The notes under the pieces: model-generated
Databases searched by the model: none
What the model saw: only the letters and a program-made list of their open reading frames with translations
Told to the model about the DNA's origin: nothing
Origin: Paraspadella gotoi
Lineage: Eukaryota > Animalia > Chaetognatha
NCBI GenBank assembly: GCA_051294375.1
Contig: CM119267.1
Coordinates: 1,522,268-1,586,267 of the forward strand
Length of the DNA stretch: 64,000 nucleotides
Direction: 5' to 3'
Translations under genes and position numbers: made by a program
Shown: piece after piece, positions 13,236 to 28,274 of the stretch
Position numbering within the stretch: the stretch's first letter is position 1
Layout: each line of letters starts with the position of its first letter

Positions 13236-13355
13236 TCTAACCGTTTTGTTTTATATTATTTTGTTATATTGTTTTAATCTTTAAAGTGTAAAAGAATGTA
13301 CATGTTGGACACCTTACTTGATGAATTAAGTTCCTTTTCTATTAAATGGGGATTT

Positions 13356-15108
13356 TTAGTCGGATCTGCTTTCAGCAGATCCCGACTCTATAACTCACTT
13401 TGTCGGTCCGTCGGTCCGCCACCTCAACATTGTCGGGCAGTCACTTATATCATGTCAGAACATCGAATTATGATAAATTATGCAAAAAAAAAACGATGTC
13501 CGTCAGTCCGTCCGTCCTTCCGTCCGTCCGTCCGTCCCACCTTAGCAAAAAACACTAATTACTCGTGATTGGATGGATGGATTTGAGTGAAATTTTGTGT
13601 GTGGGTAGGTAAGTGTGTGATTCAGCTGTATATAAAGTTTCGATGGAATCGTCCGAGTGGAAATGAGTTTAAATGGAAAAAACAAAAAAAATATATTCAC
13701 TATTTGAACACCAATTGCTCATGAGTGGATGGGCTGATTGACCTGGAATTTTGTATGTGGGTAGGAAAGTGTGTGATTGAACAGGAAATCAAGTTTCGAT
13801 GGAATAGTTTGAGTGGAAATGAGTTTAAATGGAAAAAACAAAAAAACTGTTTTACTAATTGATTATGCTTCTTTTTCCTTTTATATTAAATGTATATGCA
13901 GGATGTATTAATAAATCAAATAATTAATCAGTTAATTAATCAATTAGTAAATAAATTAATCAATCAATCCGTCCATCCGTCCCATCTTCGCAAAAAGCTC
14001 CAATAACTCGCAATGGTTTGGATTGGAATTAAATTTTGTGTGTGAGTAGGAAAGTGTGTGATAAAGCTGGATATTAAAGTTTCGATGGAATCGTGTGGAG
14101 TGGAAATTAGTTTAAATGGAAAAAACATAAGTCGAATTTTACTAAAATCTTTTTACTTATTTTAACCAATAAATACTCCAATTAATCATAATTGGATGGA
14201 TAGATTGAGTTGAAATTTTGTGTGTGGGTAGGAAAACGTATGACGAAGCTTGATATAAAGTTTCAGTGGAAACGTACCAGTGGAAATGAGTTTAAATGAA
14301 AAAAATATGAGTCACATTTACTTGAATCTTTTTATTTATTTTAACCCATGATAGATTGAGATGAAAATTTTGTGAGCCGGTAGGAAAGTGAGTGAAGAAG
14401 CTAGATATAGTTCTGACGGAATGCAAGTTGAAAAAATTATGCAAGTTGAAAAAATGATGCAAGTTAAAAAAATCTTAAAAGCATAAGGATCGTCGCTATT
14501 GCATAAAAAGAGAGAGAGGAGAGAGAGAGAGAGAAAAGAGAGAGTGAGAGAGAGAGAGAGAATGAGAGAGAAAGAGAGAGAGTGAGAGAGAGAGAGAGAG
14601 AAGGAGACATAAAATAAAAATCTTAAAGACTCAAGATCGAGCCAGAGCCCACTATCAAAGAAAATTAATGAAAAAACCCGGGAAAAAAACGAATGAATCA
14701 TGCGAAACGAATTATTGATGTAATAGTAATTGATTGGAGGTAATACTAATTGATTGATGTAATAGTAATTTATTGATGTAATAGGAATTGATTATTGATT
14801 CGGTGATAATCATATATTGATGCGATGACAGTCATTCACTGCTGTGATGATAGTCATTCACTGATGCGAATATTGTCATTCATTGATGAGATGATAGTCA
14901 ATAAAACAAACAAATGCGTGTATGAGTAAAAAGAGAGAGAGAAGAGAGAGAAAAAAAAAGAAAGAGAATAAATCACACGAAAATCTCGGATGAAAATATG
15001 GGATTTTGTATTGAAAAAAGCGCGGAATAAATGGTACCCTGTTCGCGCCATCGTTTTTTTACATTAGTGAGCGCCACATTATATCTAAATTTTTTTTTGC
15101 ACAAAAAA

Positions 15109-15141
<33 letters not shown>

Positions 15142-15731
15142 AGAAGAGAGAGAAGAAGCTGGACAGACGCTGCAGAGCCGGAACTCGTTTTTAGACAAAT
15201 CAGAAGAAGCAGTGACGGAGAAAAGAGAGAGAAGAGAGAGGGACATATATTAAAAGAAGAGAGGAGAGAGAGCGACATATAATTAAAACGTTTTTGTTTC
15301 GTAAATAAAACATAAACAAATACAATATTGATATGAAACATGAGAATTTTAAAGATCTTAATCTTAGAAGCCATATATTGAAATTTAAACTCCCTATGAT
15401 ATCACACTTTCAGAAGCCATGATTGCAAAAAAGCGTGACCGAAAGCTAAACCGAATCAAAATCTAGCCAGGACGGGCTTTGCCGCCTGGCTCGATAATGG
15501 GGATATTGTTTTGTTTTGATAAAAATGTAAACAAAACATTTAATAACTGTCCTGACTCAATTTTAAGGACATCGATGATGACAAAGCTGAATATAAATTA
15601 TAATTAATTTTAATTAATTAATTAATTAATTATTAATTATTATTTAATTAATCTATTAATTAATTATTTAATTAATCTATTAATTAATTAATTATCGTAG
15701 GCAGATCCGACATTGTTTGCTCAAACTTGTT
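13356..15731 (+). mobile_element. Long composite HINE/DINE-1-like Helentron element
   Basis: 5' palindromic subTIR, (GTCC)n, 4-5 copies of the central repeat, extra internal sequence, 3' subTIR and terminal TTGTTTGCTCAAACTTGTT. Confidence 0.7.
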
Positions 15732-17518
15732 CCTTCTACTACTAAATCGATTTTCAATGTAACTTTTTGAATTAGTTCATTGGTTGTTGCACTGAAGCTT
15801 TTAAATATTTATTAATATATAACAAATGACAAAAAAATTTTAAAAATGTGATTTTTTAAGAACGGGTTCTTGTAGAGCTTAAAAAGTTAAATGAAAGTTA
15901 GTACTATAATTTTTCAAATTTTGACAATAAATTGGTTAAAAATAAAAAACCTTAAAAAATCATCATCATCATCATTATTGGTTGAATTTTATTTTTTAAA
16001 ATTTTTTATTATAAAACCAAAAAAATTTAAAAAGTTGTATTAATAACCTTTTATCTAACTTTTAAAGCTCTATCAGAATCTATAAAAAAATTGATAAGCC
16101 AAATTTTAAAAATTATTTTCATTTTCATATTATTTAATAGTCGCTTAACCTATTTATTTGAGAGAACTTTTAGTTTTCAACCTGTTCCGGCCTAATATCT
16201 AGTAAAGCGGGTCAAAATTGAACACTTTTTATAACTTCTAGTTCTCTTTAAAATTTTTTTTTCTTTTACTACTAAATCGATTTTTAATGTAACTTTTTGA
16301 ATTAGTTCATTGGGTTCTTGCACTGAAGCTTTAAATAGTTATTAATATATAATAATTATATAAAGTTTTGACGGAATTGTGCCAATGGAAAAAACATAAG
16401 TCACATTTACTTGAATATTTAATATTAATGATTACTAATAAATGTATTAATTAATTAAAAAAATGATGCAAGTTAAAAAAATCTTAAAATCATAAAGATC
16501 ATCGCAATTGCATAAAAAGAGAGAGAGAGAGAGAGAGAGTGAGAGAGAGAGAGAGAGGAGACATAAAATAAAATAGAGGATATTTGTTTGTTTTGATAAA
16601 ATGTAAACAAAACATATTTAATAACTGTCCTAACCCAATTTTAAGGACATCGATGAAATATTTTTTTTTGTTTTTTCCATTTTAACTCATTTCCACCCTG
16701 ATGATTCCATCGAAACTTGATTGAAAGCTCAATCAAACACTTTCCTACCCACTCACAAAATTTCATTCCAATCTAATATTGAAAAAGAATTATACTTTCT
16801 TTTAACAACTTTTTGGAATCCAAATCCGATCTTAAAATTTAAAAATTTGCATTTTAAAATTTTAGCCTATTATATACTTATTACTATATATAAATATAGC
16901 TCACTGGTGCCCACTAATGTATAAAATTAAAAAATAAATTTACCAAAGTATTTTTAATAGTTTTTATGTTCATGTTTTATATGCTAAATTTTAATTTTCT
17001 AAAATTTTATCATTTTTACATCACTCTAGTGTCCAACGTCTGGCGTTAAGCGTCCGAGATAAAAATTAGCGAATAAAAAAGTCGTTATTTTACTCACTGA
17101 ATAAAAATACTTAAAATACTTACAAAATACATAAAATTGATAAAATTATTATTGGGATAACATTGTTCAATCACATGCAACACATCCAGTACCCTTTATT
17201 TCATTGAAATTGACAGATATCAACTATAATATCAGAATTAATTTTTTCTTTTTGATACAACAAGAGAACTGAACCTCCGTCGCTGGATGTCGTCAGGTTA
17301 CTAGTAAATGTGCGTTTGAGGATTCCAAATCTTTTTTGAAAATTGACCTACGTAGACGCGCATAGACGCGACATGCCTTGAAAGCAAGTTGTTCCGTTAT
17401 TTCCTTTACAATTTTTTTTCAATTTCTAAGAGTTTTGCGAGATGGGGGATCAGTTTTNNNNNNNNNNNNNNNNNNNNNNNNNCAGGGAATTTAGGCTTTT
17501 TTTGTGGTCTCGCCACGA

Positions 17519-20500
17519 TTCGAACCACAAACCGTATAAATAGTATAAATTATGGGCAAATGGCAAAAAAAGAAGGCAAATAGGCGAAAAAAAAAATAGT
17601 GAGACAAATAAAAAGGGGAAAAGAGGGAAAAATGGAAAGAAAAAGAGGGAAAAGAAAGGGAAAGAATTAAGAAGAGAAAAATGGTAATTGACGGCGTGAG
17701 AAGTAGGGGAGGAAAGAGGAAAGAAAAATACAAATAAAGAGAAGAAAAGAGATGAAGAAAAAAGAATTAGGGAAAGGGTATGAGGGGGAAAAACATTGTA
17801 TGAGATAATTGAGCGTCCTGCCTGAATAGTTTTGGTGTAAGTAAAAGACGTAAAGATTCTTATGAGGAATTCAATCTTTTAAAGTTATCTTTACCATAAA
17901 GAATTCAATCATACATATTTCTAAAATTAAGATTTGATTGACAATCATTGAAGAAAACATGTCTTACGTATTTTTAACTCATAGAAATTTACCTGGAAAG
18001 TACTATGTCATAAGAAGAAGATAACTAATAGCCTACCGTTTTTTTTAAATAACGAAAGCTTCATTCTAACCAATGAGATCAAGAAAGATGGTAATTATTG
18101 AAGTTCAGATTTCGTTGTCTTAAAAGACACGGATTGTATGCGGAACCATAAATAAACAACATTTGAAACCTCGATCGTCGCCATTTGTAAAAATAAGTCT
18201 GAAGCAAGAGGGCAGCGCAAACATAAATATAGACCAATTATTAACCAAAATCTTTGGGAAAATCGACCCTTCTTTGAAAGATTTTCGCCAGAGGAACAAT
18301 GAAAAATGGCGTAACGTTACTGTGTCCGTGCATAAAAAAATTCACTGTTCAAATATTATTGTTTTCTTTTTATTTTTGAAACGTTATAGTTTCATAATGT
18401 TAATTTACAAAATATCAATGCAAAATCTTTTTTTTGTTTTCAGTCGAATCTGCTTTCAGCAGATCCCGGACTCTATAATTTCACTTTGTCGGTCTGTCGG
18501 TCCCCCCTCCAACTCTTGTTCGGGGCCCATTCACATCAGATTCATCAAATTATGATAAATTGATGCAGAAAAAAACGAATGCTCCGTTCGTCTCTGTCTG
18601 TCTGTCTGTCTGTCCGTCCGTCCGTCCGTCCCTCCCACCTTAGCAAAAAAACACCAATTTACTCGTGATTGGATGGATGGATTGGAATGAATCTTTGTGT
18701 GTGAGTAGGGAAGGTGTGTGATTGCTGGATATGAAGTTTCGATAGGAATCGTCGCAAGTGGAAAATGAGTTTAATGGGAAAAAATACTTCACTATTTGAA
18801 CACCAATTACTCATTAGTGAATGGGGCGTTGACTTTGAAATTTTTGTATTTGGGTAGAAAAAAGTGTGTGATTTAGAAACTGGAAATCAAATTTCGATGG
18901 GAATCGTTGAGTGGAAATAGATTTAAATTGGAAAAAAACAAAGAAACCTATTTCACTTAATGATTTGTTTCTTTTTCTTTTATTTTAAATGTAAATACAA
19001 GATGTATATAATTAATCAGTTACTTAATCAAATTAGTCAATTAATTACTCCAATAATTAATTAATCAGTTAACATTTCGGATAAAATAAATTAATTGCCT
19101 AATTAATTAAACTAATTAACTTTGAATAAATTAATTATTAATTAATTAATTATATGAATTAATTATTAATTAATTAATTAATTTAATTACCGATAATGAT
19201 CGTGGGCACATCGGTTGCTCAAAACTTGTTTAGATTATGAACTGAATATAGGTGAAAAAGATGAAATTTCTTTAGTTTACTTATTCATATTTATTCATAG
19301 AATTGTAATAGAAAAAAAAATAAAAAAGTTAATGAGTACCCCATAGTTAAGCTGTTATATCTCAATAGATGGAAAAAAAAAGCTCATTTAAAATTTTGGT
19401 AACTAAGGCTTACCAATGTCATCCTCCACTCTCTCAAAATAATTTTTTTTATTTAATACATTTGAAGGGAAAAAAAGGAAAAATTTGGAATGCAGGGTTG
19501 CAGAAAGGGTACAGATAACCTGGACTTTACTGACATGATAAATCATGACTTTTATATCTTGTGAAATGGGGGAAGTAAATAAATCTAAAAAATATGGATC
19601 ATTTAGTCCAGTCAATTGAAACCCTTTTCCAATGGGCCTATGTACAAGAATATTTTTTAATAATTAAAATTGGATGAATAAATAATTAGAATTAAATTCC
19701 TTACAATATTTTAAAAGAAATTATCCAATAACAATTATACCACAATTGATGTCTTGCTTTTTGTCAAATATGCTCGCAAGCTATATATAGGAATAAATTC
19801 CGGGCAAGAACCCAGATGAATTTTGAATATATTTTTTATACCTACGACGTAAAAACGGAAATGAATTGTAAATATCACAGTTTCAATGTAAATTGGACAG
19901 GCGAGGTTTTAGGAGAAATCTAAAAAAGGAACATCTCAAATTTCGCCCCTTCGAACGGAAAGAACTTTCTCCCATTCTCAAGATTTTCGCACGAATGCTG
20001 ACTACGCCTGCTTAGAAACTTCTTAGAATTCGGATCGCTAGTTCCTTTTTTTGAGTTTCAATCGACGCGGGAGGACATCGAGCGCGCGATTAATACAAAT
20101 TCGGCCGGGATTTTCTATTCGCCAAAAGAGAGAAAGGACCAGTCAAAATATTTTTATTTAATCTTCTTATTTATTCGACGCAAAATGTAATAATTCATTA
20201 ATAATATATGAATAATAAGTATCCTTTGAGAAAATAATAGAACGAAAAATAAAAGGTAAAGCGTTAATATGTGAAAGCAATATGCCAAAGAAATAGAGGA
20301 ATATAAGGAAAGAAATACGAAATCAATGACCCCCGTAAGGAAAAGGACGAAGACAAGGGGATAGAAAAAGAAGCAAACAGGAGCGAACCCTCGGGTTTTT
20401 GTATGGTAGTTTACTGTCTAAGAATATTAAGCTCGCAGGATCGGGGATGAACCAAACGATGAGGGAAGCAGTTGCGAACTGAGGAAGCAGTTGCGAATGC

Positions 20501-23500
20501 CCGAGAGCGACGATGAAGCGACCGATCACGAATCGAATCAGATGATTAACTATCATTATTTATTTCACACATTGATTCGATTAATTTATTAAGAATAAAT
20601 AATGATTAGGCAGCTAATAAAAAAATTAAGTAATTATTCAAATTAGATAACTAATTATTATATTAATTAATATATTATTATTATATAAAAGTAAGAGTAA
20701 AGTAATGGATAAAGCAACTTAGTATTTCATCACGCAATAACTACTGTGCAAAATTAATTAATTTTATTTGATTAAATTAGTTATTAATTAATTTATTTTA
20801 AACGAATGTTATATTTGATTCATTTTATAACTACTATTTTTCATTTCAAGTATAAAAAAAGAATCAAATAGTAGAAACGAGTCTTTCTTCATTTTATTGT
20901 AAGACTGTACAAGGGGTGGGAACCCGCTATATCGAGCCAAAAGTTATGTCCTGTCCTGTCTTGAACGATTTGATACCACAGTAATAAAATGAGTGTAGAT
21001 TCAATTTTGACCGGGAGAAATGGTCGTAGCCTGCAACGGAGCACGTCTATCGATTCCGTATTTTTCATGGGCCTATCTATTGGCTGTAGCTTTTTAAGCT
21101 GTTTAAAAATATGTTCTAGGGTTGTTACAAAAGCCGTTCAAGTCACGTTCTGGCGCCAAAAAAACATAAAGTTCCATGACTAAGTCAGTAATTTCTTTAA
21201 TTTCCATAAAAAACACCCAAGTTGGAAAATAGATTTAGGGAACTAGAAATGAACATGCTTAAAGCTATTGCTATTGCTTTTTATAAATTCATTGTTTAAA
21301 ATAATTGAATGATAATATAAGCAAAGTTTGTTGTCTACGAAATTTGATTAAACCAATGATTTGCTGAGTTGCATATCTACGGAGGAATACCCGCTTTTGC
21401 CTGATTGCTGTTACTCTACGACACCAAGTTCGAGTACAGTTAAAACAAGGTTTAAATAATTTTTTTTCTTTTTTAATTATTTTTTTAAAAAACATCAATA
21501 CTGGTTCGAACCACAAGACCGTAATAAATAGTATAAATATGGGCAAATGGCAAAAAAAGAAGGCAAATGGCGAAAAAAAATAGTGAGACAAATAAAAGAG
21601 GGAAAAGAGGGAAAAATGGAAAGAAAAAGAGGGGAAAAGGGAAAAGGGAAAGAATTAAGAAGAGAAAAATGGTAATTGACGGCGTGAGAAGTAGGGGAGG
21701 AAAGAGGGAAAGAAAATACAAATAAAGAAAGAAAAGAGATGAAGAAAAAAGAATTAGGGAAAGGGTATGAGGGGAAAAACATTGTATGAGATAATTGTAG
21801 CGTCCTGCCTGAATAGTTTTGTGAAGTAAAAAGACGTAAAGATTCTTATGAGGAATTCAATCTTTAAAAGTTATCTTTACCATAAAAATTCAATCATACA
21901 TATTTCTAAAATTAAGATTTGATTGACAATCATTGAAGAAAACATGTCTTACTGTATTTTTTAACTCATAGAAATTACCTGGAAAGTACTATGTCATAAG
22001 AAGAAGATAACTATAGCCTACCGTTTTTTTAAATAACGAAAGCTTCATTCTAACCAATGAGATCAAGAAAGATTGGTAATTATTGAAGTTCAGATTTCGT
22101 TGTCTTAAAAGACACGGATTGTATGCGGAACCATAAATAAAAAACAACATTTGAAACCTCGATCGTCGCCATTTGTAAAATAAGTCTGGAAAGCAGAGGG
22201 CAGCGCAAACCAATAAATATTAGACAATTATTAACCAAAATCTTTGGAAAAATCGACCCTTCTTTGAAAGATTTTCGCCAGAGGATACAATGAAAAAATG
22301 GCGTAACGTTACTTGTTCCGTGCATAAAAAAATTCACTGTTCAATATTATTGGTTTCTTTTTATTTTGAAACGTTATAGTTTCATATTGTTAATTTACAA
22401 ATATCAATGCAAAATCTTTTTTGTTTTCCAGTCGAATCTGCTTTCAGCAGATCCCGGACTCTATAATTTCACTTTGTCGGTTCTGTCGGTCCGCCCCCTC
22501 AATCTTGTTCGGGCATTCACATCAGATCATCAAATTATGATAAATTATGCAGAAAAAAACGAATGCTTCCGTTCGTCTGTCTTGTCTGTCTGTCTGTCCG
22601 TCCGTCCGTCCGTCCCTCCCACCTTAGCAAAAAACACCAAATTACTCGTGATTGGATGGATGGATTGGAATGAAATTCTTTGTGTGTGAGTAGGAAAGTG
22701 TGTGATTGAGCTGGATATGAAGTTTCGATGGAATCGTCCCAAGTGGAAAATGAGTTTAAATGGGAAAAAAAATATTTCACTATTTGAACACCCAATTACT
22801 CATGAGTGAATGGGGGCGATTGACTTGAAATTTTGTATTTGGGTAGAAAAGAATAGTGTGTTGATTAAACTGGAAATCAAATTTCGATGGAATCGTTTGA
22901 GTGGAAAAATTTAAATGAAAAAACAAAGAAAACTATTTCACTAATTGATTATGTTTCTTTTTCTTTATTTAAATGGTAAATACAAGATGTATTAATTAAT
23001 CAGTTACTTAATCAATTAGTCAATTAATTACTCAATAATTAATTAATCAGTTAACATTTCGGATAAAATAAATTAATTGCCTAATTAATTAAATAATTAA
23101 CTTGAATAAATTAATTATTAATTAATTAATTATCTGAATTAATTATTAATTAATTAATTAATTAATTACCGATAATGATCGTGGGCAGATCGGTTGCTCA
23201 AACTTGTTTAGATATGACTGAATATAGGTGAAAGATGATAAATTTCTTTAGTTACTTATTCATATTTATTCATAGAATTGTAATAGAAAAAAATTAAAAA
23301 AATTAATAGTACCAATAGTTAGTGTTATGTCTCAAATAGATGGAAAAAAAAGCTCATTTAAAAATTTGGTAACTAAGGCTTACCAATGTCATCCTCCACT
23401 CTCTCAAATAATTTTTTTTATTTAATACATTTGAAAGGGAAAAAAGGAAAATTTGGAATGCAGGTTGCAGAAAGGGTACAGATAACCTGGACTTACTGAC

Positions 23501-25387
23501 ATGATAATCATGACCTTTTATATCTTGTGAAATGGGGGAAGTAAATAAATCTAAAAAATATGATCATTAAGTCAGTCAATGAACCCTTTCCAATGGGCTA
23601 TTACAAGAAATATTTTTTAATAATTAAAATGGATGATAAATAATAGAATTAAATTCCTTACAATATTTAAAAGAAAATTATCAATACAATTTAACACAAT
23701 GATGTCTTGCTTTGTCAAATATGTCGCCAGCTATATATAGGAATAAATGTCCCGGCAGAACCCAGATGAATTTTGAAACCACTACTTTCTCTATACCTCC
23801 CGACGTAGAATAACGGAATATTGTAAATATCAAGTTTCATGTAAATTGGACCACGACGTTTAGGAGAAATCTAAAAAAACATCAAAATTTCGCCCCTTCG
23901 ACGGAAAGACTTTCTCCATTCAAGATTTTCGCCGAATCTGACTTACGCTTAGGAAACTCTAGAATTCGGATCGCTAGTTCTTTTTTATTTAATCGAGGCG
24001 GAGAATCGAGCGCCGCGATTAATACAAAATCGCCGATTTCATCGCCAGAAAGAGAGAAAGGACAGTCAAATATTTTATTAATTTATTTATTCGCGCAAAT
24101 GTAATAATTATAATAATTAATAATAATAAGTATCCTTTGAGAAATAATAGAACGAAAAATAAAAGGTAAAGCGTATATTGAGAAAGCAAAATGCAAGAAT
24201 AGGAATAATAAGGAAAGAAAAAATCCAACGAAAAATCAAATGGCCCCGTAACGAAAAGGACGAAGAAAGGGGATGAAGAAGAAACACGGAGGCGAACCCC
24301 TCGAGCGTTTTTTATGTATGGTAGTTTTACTGTCTAAAGAAATAATTTAAGCTTGCAGTCAGGATCGGGCATGAACAACACGATGAGGAGAGCAGTTGAC
24401 GGATGAGGAAGCAGTTGCGATGGCGAAGAGCGACGATGAAGCGCACGATCAAAGAATCGAATCAGATGATTAACTTATCAATTATTTATTTCATACATTG
24501 ATTCGATTAATATATTAAGCAATAAATAATGATAGGCAGCTAATAAAAAAATTAAGTAAATTATTCAATTAGCTAACTAATTAATTATTTAATTAATAAT
24601 ATTTATTATTAATAACAGTTAAGCAGTAAGTAATGATAAGCAACTAGTTTATCAACCATAACTACTGTGCAAAATAATTAATTATTTGATTAAATTATTA
24701 TTTAATAATTGTTTTAAACGAATTTATATTCTGATTCATTTTATAACTACTATTTCATTTCATATAAAAAAAAGAATTTCAAATAGCTAAAACGAGTTCT
24801 TTTTCTTTCTTTAATTTAACTTACAGGGGTGGAACCCTATATCGAGAACAAAGGTTAATGTCCTGTCCCTGTTCTGAAACGATTTGATACACAGTAATAA
24901 AAATGAGTGGTAGATTCAATTTTGACCGGGACGAAATGCTCGTAGACCCTCAACGGAGCACGTCTATTCGATTCGTATTTTCATGGGCTATCTATTGGTG
25001 TAGTTTTTAAGTGTTTAAAAATATGTTCTAGGGGTGTTACAAAAGCGTTCAAGTCACGTTACTGGCGCCAAAAACATAAGTCCATGACTAAGTCAGTAAT
25101 TTTTTTAATTTACATAAAAACACAGTGGAAATAGATTTAGAACTAGAAAATGACATGCTAAAAGCTATTGCTATTGCTTTTTAATAATTCATTTTTAAAT
25201 AATTAATAATAATAACCAGAAGTTTTTGTCTAGATTTGATTAAACCAAATGATTTGCTGAATTGCATATCTACCGCGAGGATACTCTGCTTTTCTGAATT
25301 GCTACTTACGACACCAGTTCAGTAAGTTAAAAACAATTTTAAATAATTTTTTTTTTAATATTTTTTTTAAAAATACATCAATACTGG
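17519..25387. repeat. ~4-kb tandem duplication (17519-21504 / 21505-25387), probably noisy long-read gap fill
   Basis: Collinear copies differing mainly by single-base indels; starts just after an N gap. Confidence 0.85.
18441..19231 (+). mobile_element. Full-length short HINE-like element (duplicate at 22430-23209)
   Basis: Both termini, (GTCY)n and two central repeats. Confidence 0.75.
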
Positions 25388-28237
25388 GATAGGCGGTCAT
25401 GTACATGTCACGCATGTGTATTATAAACTTAAAGTTATGGTCTCTCCCTTTGTGTCTAATGGTCCTTTTTTAATGGACTTGACATTTGACCAATCTACAA
25501 ACGTTGTTAAAGAATCGTGGACCCAATTATTAATTAAAATGGGATGAAGGAACGTCTTAAAGGGCACACTAAAAAGTCTCACTTTTAGCTTTTGAGGAGA
25601 AACATACTGATCAACTCCTTAAATCTGTCAAATCTCCTGAGTTAAATGAAGTCACCTCATGCACGCAATCTTCTGCGACCAGGGTGCGCACCTTGTGACC
25701 CTGGCACATCTGCCACATTGACGATAGATAAGAAATTAGTATTCTAGAGTTTATTAAGGAAAAAAACAATTTTTATTGTTTTTGTTATTTGCTCAATTAA
25801 TAAACCTCAAACGCAACGAAAAGAAAGAATCATAACAATGTCTAGAGTTTATTGAATTAGTAAAGAAAATACTTTTAAGAGATGATAATATCTACAATTT
25901 CTCTAGACATGTAGTCGGGCATTGCCTAAGTCCACCCTGATAGGCAGGGTGAACCTAACTAGTACTACAGACAATATTGCTCTTCTCTTTGTCAGGGTTA
26001 AGATTTATGAAAAAAAAAATTTGTTTTTATTAAAGAAAAAATTGGACATGTTTCCACTTAATTTTGCCTTGAGAACTTGTATCTTCTACATGATAAGATT
26101 TAAAAAATTTGCGACAAGTTTTGTTTACATACAGAAAATACCTCTCTTCCAAATTGTAAACTCTAAAAATCCATTTCAGACTTACATGTTTCCCCGCGAG
26201 CTTGGATGGACAAGACACTATAGCAACTAAGTGCGAAACATGGTCTGCTTTTAGGTTTTACTGAATGAAATACCATTGCTAAACAATAATAAAACCTTCA
26301 TAGCTTCAAAACAAAATCTTGTTTTTGGCGTTCGCGGTGAACAACCGCAGGCATCGGCGTAGGGGGCAGGACGGGCTCAAACGTCCGACGGCGGGAGAAT
26401 TTTGGACAAGTTTTCCGATTGTTGTGCTGTCTGCTTTTTTATTGAGACGCTGTTTTTCCAACGTAAGAAGAGGCGTTTTTCCTCATATTATTTTGCAAAT
26501 TGAAATTATGGCTTAAGCGATGTTACGAAATATAATGCTCAACTAAAAATAATATGCGTTTTCCTCATAAAACGTTTATCACCAATAATTATTACCCATA
26601 CCGTATATACATGACTCTCAAGCAACAATCATTAGTTTGGGTAACACTTTCGGTCCAGCAGCGTTAAAAACGCTACTAATAGTTTAGGAATTTAAAGTGA
26701 AGTTAAGTATATTAATTCTGCACAAATTATGTTAATGAAATTATAAAAAAATTCAATTAACAACTGCGTTTCTATCATATAACACAAATAATTTTATTAA
26801 TAAATCATAATAATTGATGCTCTGGCACTTTGACGCTTCTGTAACACCCGAGGAGTGAATTTTTTCTTTTGAAACTAATCGAATAGATAGCCCGATGAAA
26901 AAGATGAATCGACAAGACTGCTCCTTCGAAGTCTAAAAGCAATGAAGACGATGAGGAATAATGCCGAAATGATTGACTTAATTGATTGACTGATTATTTA
27001 ATTATTAATTAATTGACTAATTGATTAATTAACTGATTTAATTATTTGATTAATTAATACATCTTGCATTTACATTTAATATAAAATAGAAAATAAAGCA
27101 TAATAAATTAGTGAAAACAGGTTTTTTAATTTTTTCCATTTAAACTATTTCCCACTCAGACGATTCCATCAGAACTTGATTTCCAGTTTAATCAACACAC
27201 TTTCCTACCCACTTACAATCCACCCCATTGCACTCGTAGTAATTGGCGTTTCAAATAGTGAAATATATTTTGTTTTTTCCGTTTAAACTTCATTTCCACT
27301 CGGACGATTCTATCGAAAACTGTCATAAACGCTCAATCACACCACTTCCCTACCCACACACAAAAATCTCATTTCCATCCATCCATCCAATTTAGTTCTG
27401 TTTTTGCTAAGGTGAGACGACGGACGGACGGACCGTTTTTTTGCTAATTTATCATAATTCGATGTTCTGACATGATATAAGTGACTGCCCGACAATATTG
27501 AGTGCGGACCGACGGACCGACAAAAGTGAATTTATAGAGTCGGGATCTGCTTAAAGCAGATCCGACTAAAGAGAGAGAGAGAGAAAAAAAGAGAAAGAGA
27601 TAAAAAAAACGAGGCAGAGAGAAAAAAATATTAAACAGTACCGAGGAAAAATTAAAGTCTAGTTTCTGAAAAACAAGTTTTGAGGCAAACAATGTCGGAT
27701 CTGCCTACGATAATTAATAATTTAATTGATTAATTAATTAATTAATAGATTAATTAATTAATAGATTAATAGATTAATTTAATTAATTTAATAGATTAAA
27801 TTAATTAATTAATAGATTAATTATAATTTATATCAGCTTGTCATCATCGATGTCACTTAAAATTGAGTCAGGACAGTTATTAAATGTTTTGTTTACATTT
27901 TATCAAAACAAAACAAATATCCTCTATTATCGAGCCAGGCGGGCCAAAGCCCGTCCTGTCTGATTTTTTTTTGGTTTAGCTTTCGGTCTCGCTTTTTTGC
28001 AATCATGGCTTCTTGAAAGTGTGATATCATAGGATGTTGAATTTTCATATATGGTTTCTATCATTCAAGATCTTTAAAATTCTCATGTTTCATATCAATA
28101 TTGGTATTTGTTATGTTTTATTTACAAAACAAAAACGTTTAATTATATGTCGCTCTCTCTCTTCTCTCTTTTTTCTTCACTGCTTCTTCTAAAAACGAGT
28201 TCCGGCTCTGCAGCGTCTGTCCAGCTTCTTTTCTCTC

Positions 28238-28274
<37 letters not shown>
